DNA from: an uncultured virus (IMG/VR IMGVR_UViG_3300042879_004569)
Taxonomy: Duplodnaviria; Heunggongvirae; Uroviricota; Caudoviricetes
Reading direction: 5' to 3' (one strand)
DNA: 64,000 nucleotides
Virus record (IMG/VR): IMGVR_UViG_3300042879_004569
The notes beneath the pieces are model-generated. The model ran no database searches. It was not told the origin of the DNA and worked only from the letters and a program-made list of their open reading frames with translations. Below, one piece after another: positions 9,545 through 17,722 of this stretch (position 1 is the first letter of the stretch; each line of letters opens with the position of its first letter). The position numbers and the translations under genes are program-made.

Positions 9545-10345
9545 ATGACTTATTTGTCCGCTAAGAAAATCTACCCAGGTAACTGGGCTGAGCCCCTCAA
9601 CGGCTGGTACAAGAACATTGATACCAACGATGACGGCGTAACTAACGCGACCAAGGGTGGCCCCACTTCGGTGCTGGCCATCCCTGGCTATCGCTATTTC
9701 CAGCAGCGTGGTTATGTCCCCGTGACAGCAACCTCCGGTGCTGGTGCCGTTGCCACTGGTAATGTTATTGTTCCTTCGCCGTATCGCAACGACGACACCC
9801 GTACCGACATCACCGGCATGGTGATCTCTGGTAACTCGACCCTGCCCGCTTACGTTTATCGCGCTACCATCTCGGTTGCTGCTGGCTGGGGCGATGGCCG
9901 TGTTGCTTCTGGCGTGTACGCTGCCACTGGCAACGTGATCTCCTTCTGTCGTGACAGCAGCGGCCCTGTTGCTTCCACTGGCGTGGGCGAAGCTGTGTCG
10001 CAGGCCAACCTGGCCAGCACAGTTTCTGGTACTCAGGAAAACGAAATCTATTTTGCTGGTGGCACCGCTGCTTACAGCACCGTCCCCGTCCTGACCGCTA
10101 CTGGCGCCGCTGGCGTTATTGCTTCTGGTATTTACCGCACCACCTCTAGTGCTGAAACCTTTAAGGTGTTTGCTCGCGCTACCACCACTGGTACAGCCAC
10201 TTCTGGCGGTTGGTATATCTCCAGTGGCGATGCCTCTGCTAACCGCACCGGCTATTTCGTGGTTGAGGTTTGTTACCTCCAGGCTGATGAAGCCCCTGGC
10301 TACGAAGATATTGACGGCTACCTGACCGGTCGCACAGTCAGCTGA
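9545..10345 (+). CDS. abundant virion protein (capsid decoration or tail tube)
   Basis: Same high-expression codon bias as MCP; G/T/S/A-rich beta composition. Confidence 0.6.
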   Translation: MTYLSAKKIYPGNWAEPLNGWYKNIDTNDDGVTNATKGGPTSVLAIPGYRYFQQRGYVPVTATSGAGAVATGNVIVPSPYRNDDTRTDITGMVISGNSTLPAYVYRATISVAAGWGDGRVASGVYAATGNVISFCRDSSGPVASTGVGEAVSQANLASTVSGTQENEIYFAGGTAAYSTVPVLTATGAAGVIASGIYRTTSSAETFKVFARATTTGTATSGGWYISSGDASANRTGYFVVEVCYLQADEAPGYEDIDGYLTGRTVS

Positions 10346-10383
10346 TTAAGGTAAACTAGGACCAGGAGTTACTTCTGGTCCTT

Positions 10384-10794
10384 ATGCTTTATCAACACAA
10401 AAAAACAGGTGCTCGTGTAAAAATTGTTAGTGAGTGGGATCACGGCGAATGGTTCATGGTCGAAGACCAAGACGGTCGTCTTTATACCGCTTACAAACAA
10501 GAGCTTGAGCCTGATGAAGCAGCAACAAAAAAAGTTGTTGCTTTACAAGTAAAAGATAAAGCCTCTAGAGAAGAGCCCCGAGCTTTTCCACCCGATAATC
10601 GGTTGAATATCAATTCTGCAACTCCGCAAATGATTGCAGACCATATTAAAGGTATTGGTCTTAAAACTGCTCGAGAGATTAAAGATCTTCAGATGTCCTT
10701 ATCGGGTGAACGATTTAACAACCTTGAGCAGTTGAAGCAAATCAAACGAGTTGATTGGGACGCCGTAATTTCAGCCGATCTAGTCCGCGTTTAA
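10384..10794 (+). CDS. helix-hairpin-helix (ComEA-like) DNA-binding protein
   Basis: RLNINSAT...IKGIGLKTAREI...FNNLEQLKQI. Confidence 0.78.
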   Translation: MLYQHKKTGARVKIVSEWDHGEWFMVEDQDGRLYTAYKQELEPDEAATKKVVALQVKDKASREEPRAFPPDNRLNINSATPQMIADHIKGIGLKTAREIKDLQMSLSGERFNNLEQLKQIKRVDWDAVISADLVRV

Positions 10795-10812
10795 CTCCTC
10801 CTCTTGTTAACA

Positions 10813-10837
10813 GCCCCTGGGAGACCAGGGGTTTTTT
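10813..10837 (+). terminator. intrinsic terminator
   Basis: GCCCCTGG-GAGA-CCAGGGGT stem followed by T-run. Confidence 0.85.
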
Positions 10838-10854
10838 AGTTTTAAAATATAAAT

Positions 10855-11583
10855 ATGGCAAAGATTACATACCTGGGACAGCTTGGTTCTACTGGTGTAT
10901 CCAGGGGTTCACATTTACATGCGTATGTTAAAAATCTTGCTACCGGCGAATACGAAGACCCAGGTATTCATCGGAGTAAATTTTTAAACGTTCGTGTTGG
11001 ACAAAATCGCGTACCTAAATATATTCCAAATAATACCGCTGGTTTGATGTTAAACCCAGCGGCAGGTTTGACAATGACATCCCCTTGGGGACCGCGTAAC
11101 ACTGGTATTCCGGGAGCAAGTACTGATCACAAGGGCCGTGATTACGCAGGCGCAGAAGGGACTCCAATTTTTGTAGAAGGCGACGTTAAATTCACTCCAC
11201 GTTCAAATGTAGGTGGTTACGGAAATTTGGCTACCTGGACCACACCAGATCAGAAGTATGAACTAGGATACGGACACATGAAAACGTTGGGAGAAGCCAG
11301 TGATTTAATGGGGTCTTCATCCGCCCCTGCGCTTGGCATTCCTTATGGTGAATCACAAGAAAGAACAAAAGATATCCTGGAAGCTTTTATGTATGGAACA
11401 CAATATGATTTAAACGCTAAAGAACAAAAATCTACCGGTTCTGATTTATTGGGTGATTTAAAAGGACAGCTTGTCGCTTCTTTATTACAAGGAAAAACAG
11501 GTAAATCTTCGTCTAATTTTTTAAGTAAGTATCTTGATAATTCTCAGCTGCAAGAGCAGTACCAACAGGCTATTTTTGGTTAA
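10855..11583 (+). CDS. M23-family peptidase, circularly permuted
   Basis: GQLGSTG...HLH at N-terminus; HKGRD, GGYGN and YGHM later. Confidence 0.75.
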   Translation: MAKITYLGQLGSTGVSRGSHLHAYVKNLATGEYEDPGIHRSKFLNVRVGQNRVPKYIPNNTAGLMLNPAAGLTMTSPWGPRNTGIPGASTDHKGRDYAGAEGTPIFVEGDVKFTPRSNVGGYGNLATWTTPDQKYELGYGHMKTLGEASDLMGSSSAPALGIPYGESQERTKDILEAFMYGTQYDLNAKEQKSTGSDLLGDLKGQLVASLLQGKTGKSSSNFLSKYLDNSQLQEQYQQAIFG

Positions 11584-11622
11584 GTCTTTTAAGTTTATAA
11601 TTAAAAATAATGTCTTAGGTTA

Positions 11623-12084
11623 GTGCAATTATCTGACTTCGACAAAAGCAGGGTCAGGTATCACCTGGGCTATTTCACTGTTTCAGTGCCAGCGGGTGAC
11701 TATGCCCGTTTGGAAGAAGCAATGAATACAGTTCCTGATTCGTTTTTTTATGACAAAATTACGATTCAGATCGGTCGTTGTGATACGGCTGAAAAGAAAA
11801 CAGAAGTTGCCAGCAGTCCCTCAACAAGGATTGAAAGCATCATTGGTGACGTGGATCGTACCATTCGTTCCAGCAACGCCAAAGAGGCGTTGAAAGTTTG
11901 GGACGAAATTTATTTGTACGAAACAAATCGTTTGGCGCATATTTTATATGTTCCAAACTATAAAGACCCTCTTCAAGCTCGTTACCGCTATGAGCGTTCT
12001 GGTGCTGAATTTATTCAGGCACTGCCAGGTCCAGCCGATACCTCAATCGGTTCACGCATTTACTTAATGGAGAATTGGCGCTGA
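11623..12084 (+). CDS. putative head-tail connector/virion protein
   Basis: 153 aa; DKSRVRYHLG start resembles adaptor proteins; position. Confidence 0.45.
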   Translation: MQLSDFDKSRVRYHLGYFTVSVPAGDYARLEEAMNTVPDSFFYDKITIQIGRCDTAEKKTEVASSPSTRIESIIGDVDRTIRSSNAKEALKVWDEIYLYETNRLAHILYVPNYKDPLQARYRYERSGAEFIQALPGPADTSIGSRIYLMENWR

Positions 12085-12941
12085 TGGCACCCTTTAATTT
12101 CGGACAAGTTGGTAGCTTACTGTCTAAATTACCTAACGCAGCAAAGTGGGCTCTTGGTGGAACAGGAGGGACTGTATTATCTCTTTTGCAGTTAGAAGGG
12201 GATGCGCCTCAGCGCACAATGACAAGTCGCAATCCGTATACAGACACTAGACGCGGCCTGGCAAATCTTCCGCCAACCTATCGAGGGGATGAGTTACAAA
12301 TGGCTGCAGCAGCTCGTGCCGCAGGCGGAGCAAGTGCAGGTGGTGGCATTGGCGGTGGCAATATGGCGAGCTACATTCCTGCAAGTCAACCATCTACATT
12401 TGGCGCTGTTTCTCCTCAGCTTGAGCGGGCATATCAAGACGAAAAGCGTCGCGCAACTCAACTTTCAGAACAAGATCCGCTATTCAAAAAATATCAAGTT
12501 GCCGATTTAACAAAGGCTTATAACGCTGCTAAAACACCAGAAGAAAAAGAAAGGCTTGGTCTTCAGATTTGGGCAACAACCAATCCTCAGCTTGCTCAAA
12601 AACTTAAGCCTGGCCAGCTTGGTTACAGCGAAGCTAACACTGCATTCCAGGCGATTAGTCCTCTTGGCCAGTTCAAACAAGCTACGGGCGACATGGAATA
12701 TGCAAATAAGATTCCTGAAATGCAGGCAAATATGGCTGCGTTTAATTTAGAGACGCCATTAACTGGTGTTCAGCTTCCTCCTACTAATCAAATTGGTGTG
12801 GCAGAACAATTTGCAAGTGCAAAGCCGTTACCAGGGACAATGGAAGTGTTTACGAATCCACTTCAGTTTTTTGCACCAGATAAATCAAGCCAGACTCAGC
12901 AAGCCTTAATTAAACGTGCCTTCGAAGAAAGGTTAAAATAA
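12084..12941 (+). CDS. hypothetical protein, possibly internal virion protein
   Basis: TGATG coupling; Ala/Gly/Gln-rich. Confidence 0.55.
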   Translation: MAPFNFGQVGSLLSKLPNAAKWALGGTGGTVLSLLQLEGDAPQRTMTSRNPYTDTRRGLANLPPTYRGDELQMAAAARAAGGASAGGGIGGGNMASYIPASQPSTFGAVSPQLERAYQDEKRRATQLSEQDPLFKKYQVADLTKAYNAAKTPEEKERLGLQIWATTNPQLAQKLKPGQLGYSEANTAFQAISPLGQFKQATGDMEYANKIPEMQANMAAFNLETPLTGVQLPPTNQIGVAEQFASAKPLPGTMEVFTNPLQFFAPDKSSQTQQALIKRAFEERLK

Positions 12942-13045
12942 CCCTTTGTTAAACTGATTTTATTGGCTGTGTTTATCGCGTAAGTCCAACCTACTGGATA
13001 ACTGATCTTTTGATCTACGGAGGCCAGTGTTGTTGCTTTAGTTTC

Positions 13046-13162
13046 ATGATTCTTTGCCCTAATTTTGTTCGTCGTCTTGTTGCCAAATTAAGCGTAATCC
13101 TTGCTCTTCAAGCAGTATTCGCCCCTTGTCTTAAAGCCGAGTCAAATTGGGTAGGAGAATAA
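13046..13162 (+). CDS. 38-aa signal-peptide-like ORF
   Basis: MILCPNFVRRLVAKLSVILALQAVFAPCLKAESNWVGE. Confidence 0.35.
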   Translation: MILCPNFVRRLVAKLSVILALQAVFAPCLKAESNWVGE

Positions 13163-13181
13163 AAACGGTAAAATAATAAAC

Positions 13182-13853
13182 ATGACAGATAAAACCGCTC
13201 GTTATCGAAAATTACTTCAACAGCCTCAAGTTAGGGCGTTGTTGAATACGATTAGCTATGCGGAAGGAACTCCGGGCGAATCTGGCTATCGTACCAAATT
13301 TGGAGGCGGTAAGTTTTCGGATTTGAGCCGACATCCTAATGAAGTTGTTAAGTCTGGTAGATACAGTAGCGACGCCGCAGGAAAGTATCAATTTCTGTCT
13401 GGTACTTGGCAAGGTGTGGCCAACGAACTGGGCTTAAAACGTTTTGGTCCTGAAGAGCAAGATATCGCTGCGCTTCGGTTGATTGAACGAAGGGGTGCCT
13501 TGAATCCCTTTTTAAAAGGTGCCAAGTTTGGCACGGTGATGGATAAACTTGCTCCCGAATGGGCTTCTTTGCCTACGGCTGCAGGACAAAGTTATTACGG
13601 CCAGCCAGTCAAAAGCCTGGGTGATCTTTACAAGGTTTATGAAGAACAAAAGAAATTAGCGGTTCCGACTCAAGTTGTTGCAGCGGCTCCAGGCCCTAAA
13701 AGCTCTGTGCCTCAGTTGCTTACGGGTTTATTAGGATTGAACTTAGTTAATGACCAACCAACGCCAGCAGAAAATTTTGCGGGTGAATACAAAAAAGAAA
13801 TCATTAAGAATCTGTTTCCCAATGGTTTGTTTGGTGTTTTAGGAATTATTTGA
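13182..13853 (+). CDS. lambda-R-like lysozyme/transglycosylase (GH104-like)
   Basis: ALLNTISYAEGT, FSDLSRHP, AAGKYQFL..TW, EWASLP...YYGQ. Confidence 0.88.
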   Translation: MTDKTARYRKLLQQPQVRALLNTISYAEGTPGESGYRTKFGGGKFSDLSRHPNEVVKSGRYSSDAAGKYQFLSGTWQGVANELGLKRFGPEEQDIAALRLIERRGALNPFLKGAKFGTVMDKLAPEWASLPTAAGQSYYGQPVKSLGDLYKVYEEQKKLAVPTQVVAAAPGPKSSVPQLLTGLLGLNLVNDQPTPAENFAGEYKKEIIKNLFPNGLFGVLGII

Positions 13854-13854
13854 C

Positions 13855-14127
13855 ATGAATTCTTTTGCAGACATTTTTGATGGATACCTACCTGGTGAGG
13901 CTAATCTCGCCCGGTATGGTAAACGTAATGTGAACTTGTCTGCAAAAGTTAATTCTTATCGTCGTCAGTTGCAACAGTTCAACATGCTTCCCCAAGAAGA
14001 TTTAAGACTTCTTCCTTCGGAACGTTTTCAAGACTTCATGGCTTTACAGGCTAACCCAGAAGCGTTAGCGCAATCACGTATGCGTTTACCACAGCTTCCC
14101 TTTGGGTCCATGCAGCAATTCCTTTAA
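13855..14127 (+). CDS. hypothetical protein
   Basis: 90-aa ORF in operon. Confidence 0.55.
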   Translation: MNSFADIFDGYLPGEANLARYGKRNVNLSAKVNSYRRQLQQFNMLPQEDLRLLPSERFQDFMALQANPEALAQSRMRLPQLPFGSMQQFL

Positions 14128-14176
14128 TTGATGAATTAAATCATCGGTTATAATAAACAAAAAGCTGGTATAGAGC

Positions 14177-14959
14177 GTGGCTTCTACTTCAACTAATAAA
14201 CAACCTCTTTTGGTTGATAGGCCGTTATTTGACACGGTAAGAGTGACCACGCAGGTTGTAGGCAGCGCTAGTGCAAACACAATTTTTGTACAAGGCGGGC
14301 AAACGCCATCCATTCTTGTTGACATGGATGCTGCGTTGACGGAAGACAATAATAATGGTGGTGTCGTTGATTCAATTAAAATTGTTCGAAACGATTTTTA
14401 TCGTAATGCTGATTACTCGGTAAGCGCATCTACTTCTGGCACCGTTATTTCTTTGGTTAGCGGTCAGATTGTGAATGTCACGGCTACTGGCATCCTTACT
14501 GGTAGTGGCGCGGCAAGTGGCGTTGGTTATTACACATACACAGGCGTTACTACTCTTACCGGAGTTAATACAGCAATTCATTATTCTGGTGGTTTAGCCA
14601 ATGGTTTTAGTTTCACTAACGTCAGCTACGGTCAACTTCCAGCGGTATCTTTTGTTTTTTACCATACTCGTGGCACAACAATTCCCATCCCTGGCAATGG
14701 CGATTATCGGATTTTGTTTGTAAAAACAATTCCGGCTAATACACAAGAGGTTGACTGTTCTGACGTGCTGCCGGTTCTTGCGGCACCTGTGGCCAATGCT
14801 GGCAATACTACTGGTCTAGGTAACACGGCTCCCTTACGCAATAAAGGTATTTATCTTGAGCGGGGAGACCGTATTTACGTTGGTGTGTTTCCAGATGGAC
14901 CTAATATTTCTGGTTATACCCCAGGGGCCCATGTGATAGCGCAGGGCGGCTTCTTCTGA
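14177..14959 (+). CDS. putative virion structural protein
   Basis: G/T/S/V-rich beta protein in structural module. Confidence 0.55.
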   Translation: MASTSTNKQPLLVDRPLFDTVRVTTQVVGSASANTIFVQGGQTPSILVDMDAALTEDNNNGGVVDSIKIVRNDFYRNADYSVSASTSGTVISLVSGQIVNVTATGILTGSGAASGVGYYTYTGVTTLTGVNTAIHYSGGLANGFSFTNVSYGQLPAVSFVFYHTRGTTIPIPGNGDYRILFVKTIPANTQEVDCSDVLPVLAAPVANAGNTTGLGNTAPLRNKGIYLERGDRIYVGVFPDGPNISGYTPGAHVIAQGGFF

Positions 14960-14960
14960 T

Positions 14961-16514
14961 ATGGCGAAAAGAGGCGGAGATGTCTTTGGTTCTTTTCAAA
15001 AAGACACAGCCTACCAGCCAATTAAAGTAAAACCAATAGGTACTGAATTTTCACGCGGAAGCGTTCCGGGATCTCTTTACAGCGTTAACAGGGAGGCCGC
15101 CTGGACAAGGTGGCGCCGTGGGTACGAGATTGCTACATCAACAAGTTACGATAACGATTATGAATATCAATTTAAATACACAATTTCAGGTCAAACCACA
15201 AGCGGAGTAAATCCCAACCCTGTTATTTCAGGTTCTTTTCATGGCTTTCCAACCCGTAACAAAGAACTTGGAATGCACTGGGCCGTTCGACGATTTGCGG
15301 GATCAATACGAACTGATTACTATATTGATCCAGTGAGTGCTAATCGTTTATATATTGAATCAATTACAGAAGACACTAATTATTGGTATGTAAAATTAGC
15401 GGGAACTTGGTCAGCTGGAAATCCATTGCCGTCTCCTTTTTATATTCCAGTTTCAGGAGAACCAAACGGTTTGAAGCCTGCAAACACGGAAATTTTTGAG
15501 GACCGGGTATTAACTGTCAGTGGTGAAATTATTACTCAAGATACTATTAATCCTTTAACGCAAAAAAAATATGGTTACGTTCAGGCTGTGGTAGTTAATA
15601 TTGATCAGAATACAGGCGTTTTAATTTTTAAAAAAAGCGGATCAATTTATGCAACTCCAGACGGCGCTTTGATTTCTCCTTCTCCGGTAGCGTTTGAACC
15701 GGGACGCTTTCTTGTCACTGGTTCTCGTTATTGTTGTACATGTCAAGATTTTACGCACAGAGACTATGCATTTGCCGCAACAAATGGATCGAGCAATAAA
15801 AAACAATTTCCACGTAGTAGTGTAGCCTCAATTAAACCGGGGCGATACGAATTAACTACAACCGGAGGTCTTCCCGATAACAATATTATGAGCAGTGCAG
15901 TTGTTAATAAGACAGTTGAGGTTTTTGCTCCATCTGGTTATCTATTGGACTATACAGTTACCCAAGAGTCCAAGCTTGATAATCAAGCAACGCGTGATTA
16001 TCCAGGGGTTTACAGAGAGTTTGGCTCAATTTATAAAAGAAGTAATACAAACATTAACTTGCCAGGTTCAAGCCCAGACGGCATGCCTGTATATGATGAT
16101 TACTTTGCAACCAATATCCAAACGGATGCAAACTCTATTGAGCAAAAAGTTATTACAGAAATTTCTGATAACTGGACACCTCTCTTGGACGAGCTTCGTT
16201 ATTGCAAACATATTTACGCCCTTAAATTTAAAGACCGCGTATTTCCTCCTGAGCCATCTGATTTTCCAGTACAAATAGAAAGCATGGCGCAATGGGAACA
16301 ACAACTGGTTGATGAAAGCATGAAAGACAAAACTGAATATTCAAATTTTGAAGAAACAAAAAAAGCACTTGCTTTGATGGACGTTCCTCCGTATAACTGT
16401 CAATCTCCGGCATTATTTCCAATGCTTCAAAAACTGTTCAACATTGCGACAGATCGGATTACAATTTCAAATTTCACAATGATTGACAAGAATGGCCAAG
16501 AGTATACGCCATAA
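14961..16514 (+). CDS. protein with split SWIM-type zinc finger
   Basis: YCCTCQDF ... YCKHIYAL. Confidence 0.6.
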   Translation: MAKRGGDVFGSFQKDTAYQPIKVKPIGTEFSRGSVPGSLYSVNREAAWTRWRRGYEIATSTSYDNDYEYQFKYTISGQTTSGVNPNPVISGSFHGFPTRNKELGMHWAVRRFAGSIRTDYYIDPVSANRLYIESITEDTNYWYVKLAGTWSAGNPLPSPFYIPVSGEPNGLKPANTEIFEDRVLTVSGEIITQDTINPLTQKKYGYVQAVVVNIDQNTGVLIFKKSGSIYATPDGALISPSPVAFEPGRFLVTGSRYCCTCQDFTHRDYAFAATNGSSNKKQFPRSSVASIKPGRYELTTTGGLPDNNIMSSAVVNKTVEVFAPSGYLLDYTVTQESKLDNQATRDYPGVYREFGSIYKRSNTNINLPGSSPDGMPVYDDYFATNIQTDANSIEQKVITEISDNWTPLLDELRYCKHIYALKFKDRVFPPEPSDFPVQIESMAQWEQQLVDESMKDKTEYSNFEETKKALALMDVPPYNCQSPALFPMLQKLFNIATDRITISNFTMIDKNGQEYTP

Positions 16515-16639
16515 CTTTTGTTTATAATTACATACTGTATATTTATATAAAGCTTATCAAAGCTTGTAAAGACTTTAAAAAACTTGGTTTGCGCTCCTCG
16601 CCAAGGCTAAGGTTTTGGTATAGCAGGTCATTTAATTTA

Positions 16640-17077
16640 ATGGAAAACACAACAACGCTCCCTACCGACCAGCAGATTGTTGATTGTTATTTTGCACTCC
16701 AACGGTCCAGGGGTTTTTCCAAAGCCTGCTGGGCGTATGGAATGCTGGCAACATATGGCATAAGCCTGGATGACTTATCTAGCTTTACTTGGAACCTGGA
16801 TTTAAGTATTAAAATCTTTTCTCAAAAACAAAAAATATATCCATTACATCCTCAATGGATATATTTATTTCAGTTAAAAGAAAAGCAGCCCTCTAATATT
16901 GAGAGCTGCTTTCGTTGTATGCGGGAAAAATTAACTGAAGCAATTAGTACAAAGAAAACTACTTTGAATTTAACTGATCTTCAGTTTTCTTACCGACTCA
17001 GAAAGGCTTACTACCGGCGGCAACAAGCGGATCGGAAAAAGAAATGCCTTTCTTCCGAAGCTCTTTCCGTACATTGA
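16640..17077 (+). CDS. degenerate tyrosine-recombinase-like protein
   Basis: WAYGMLATYG, YPLHPQW and YRLRKAY resemble cyanobacterial integrase catalytic domain; catalytic Arg absent; short. Confidence 0.5.
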   Translation: MENTTTLPTDQQIVDCYFALQRSRGFSKACWAYGMLATYGISLDDLSSFTWNLDLSIKIFSQKQKIYPLHPQWIYLFQLKEKQPSNIESCFRCMREKLTEAISTKKTTLNLTDLQFSYRLRKAYYRRQQADRKKKCLSSEALSVH

Positions 17078-17243
17078 CGATGTTCCAGCGATAAGAGTCG
17101 CGGGAGAACGTGTCCTTAAAGGCTGCGAAATGAGGCCCAAGGCGCAGGGTGCCGTTGTCTCGCATCCTGAATAAAGACGTTTTGTCAATACCAAGGAGTT
17201 CGCATGTCTTGTTAGCCGTTAGCCAACCAGTGGTAGCCGCCAT
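16998..17243 (-). CDS. excisionase/MerR-like HTH protein
   Basis: WLTANKTCELLGIDKTSLFRMRDNG.L..GPHF. Confidence 0.7.
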   Translation of the reverse strand: MAATTGWLTANKTCELLGIDKTSLFRMRDNGTLRLGPHFAAFKDTFSRDSYRWNIVNVRKELRKKGISFSDPLVAAGSKPF

Positions 17244-17367
17244 GAAAAAAGTAGGGCGTGTTCTGACCAAGGGTACCGATCAAATAGGCGCCGTCAAGAA
17301 ATAGTTGCAAAAGTTCACCGACTCATTGAGTTGGGGATTTTAAAATTAGATAACAGCAATTGAAGAG

Positions 17368-17715
17368 ATGTTTAGTAGCGCAAACGAACCGCTTGCACTG
17401 CTGATTGAATTAACTCCTAAGCTGGCCAAAAAACGTTATCGAGAATCTATTTATCAAGCCTGGAATCATTGTTGCGCGTACTGCACAGAGAGTGCCACAA
17501 CATTAGACCATATTATTCCGCGTTTTAAATCAGGATCTAGCAATCGCAATAATTTAGTTCCTGCGTGTCGACGCTGCAATACGTCAAAAGCCAGTATTAA
17601 AATGGAAGACTGGTATCAAAAGCAATCTTTTTTTGAACAAAAAAGATTAGATGAACTTAAAAAATGGATGAGCCAAGAAGTTATTGATATAGTTAATTAT
17701 CAGCAAAATATTTAA
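17368..17715 (+). CDS. HNH endonuclease
   Basis: CAYC...TLDHIIPRFKSG....NNLVPACRRCNTSK. Confidence 0.9.
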   Translation: MFSSANEPLALLIELTPKLAKKRYRESIYQAWNHCCAYCTESATTLDHIIPRFKSGSSNRNNLVPACRRCNTSKASIKMEDWYQKQSFFEQKRLDELKKWMSQEVIDIVNYQQNI

Positions 17716-17722
17716 TACAGAT

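Noticed and set aside
16640..17077. Functional integrase indicating a prophage
   Set aside because: Too short, lacks catalytic Arg; no att sites or host genes in the window
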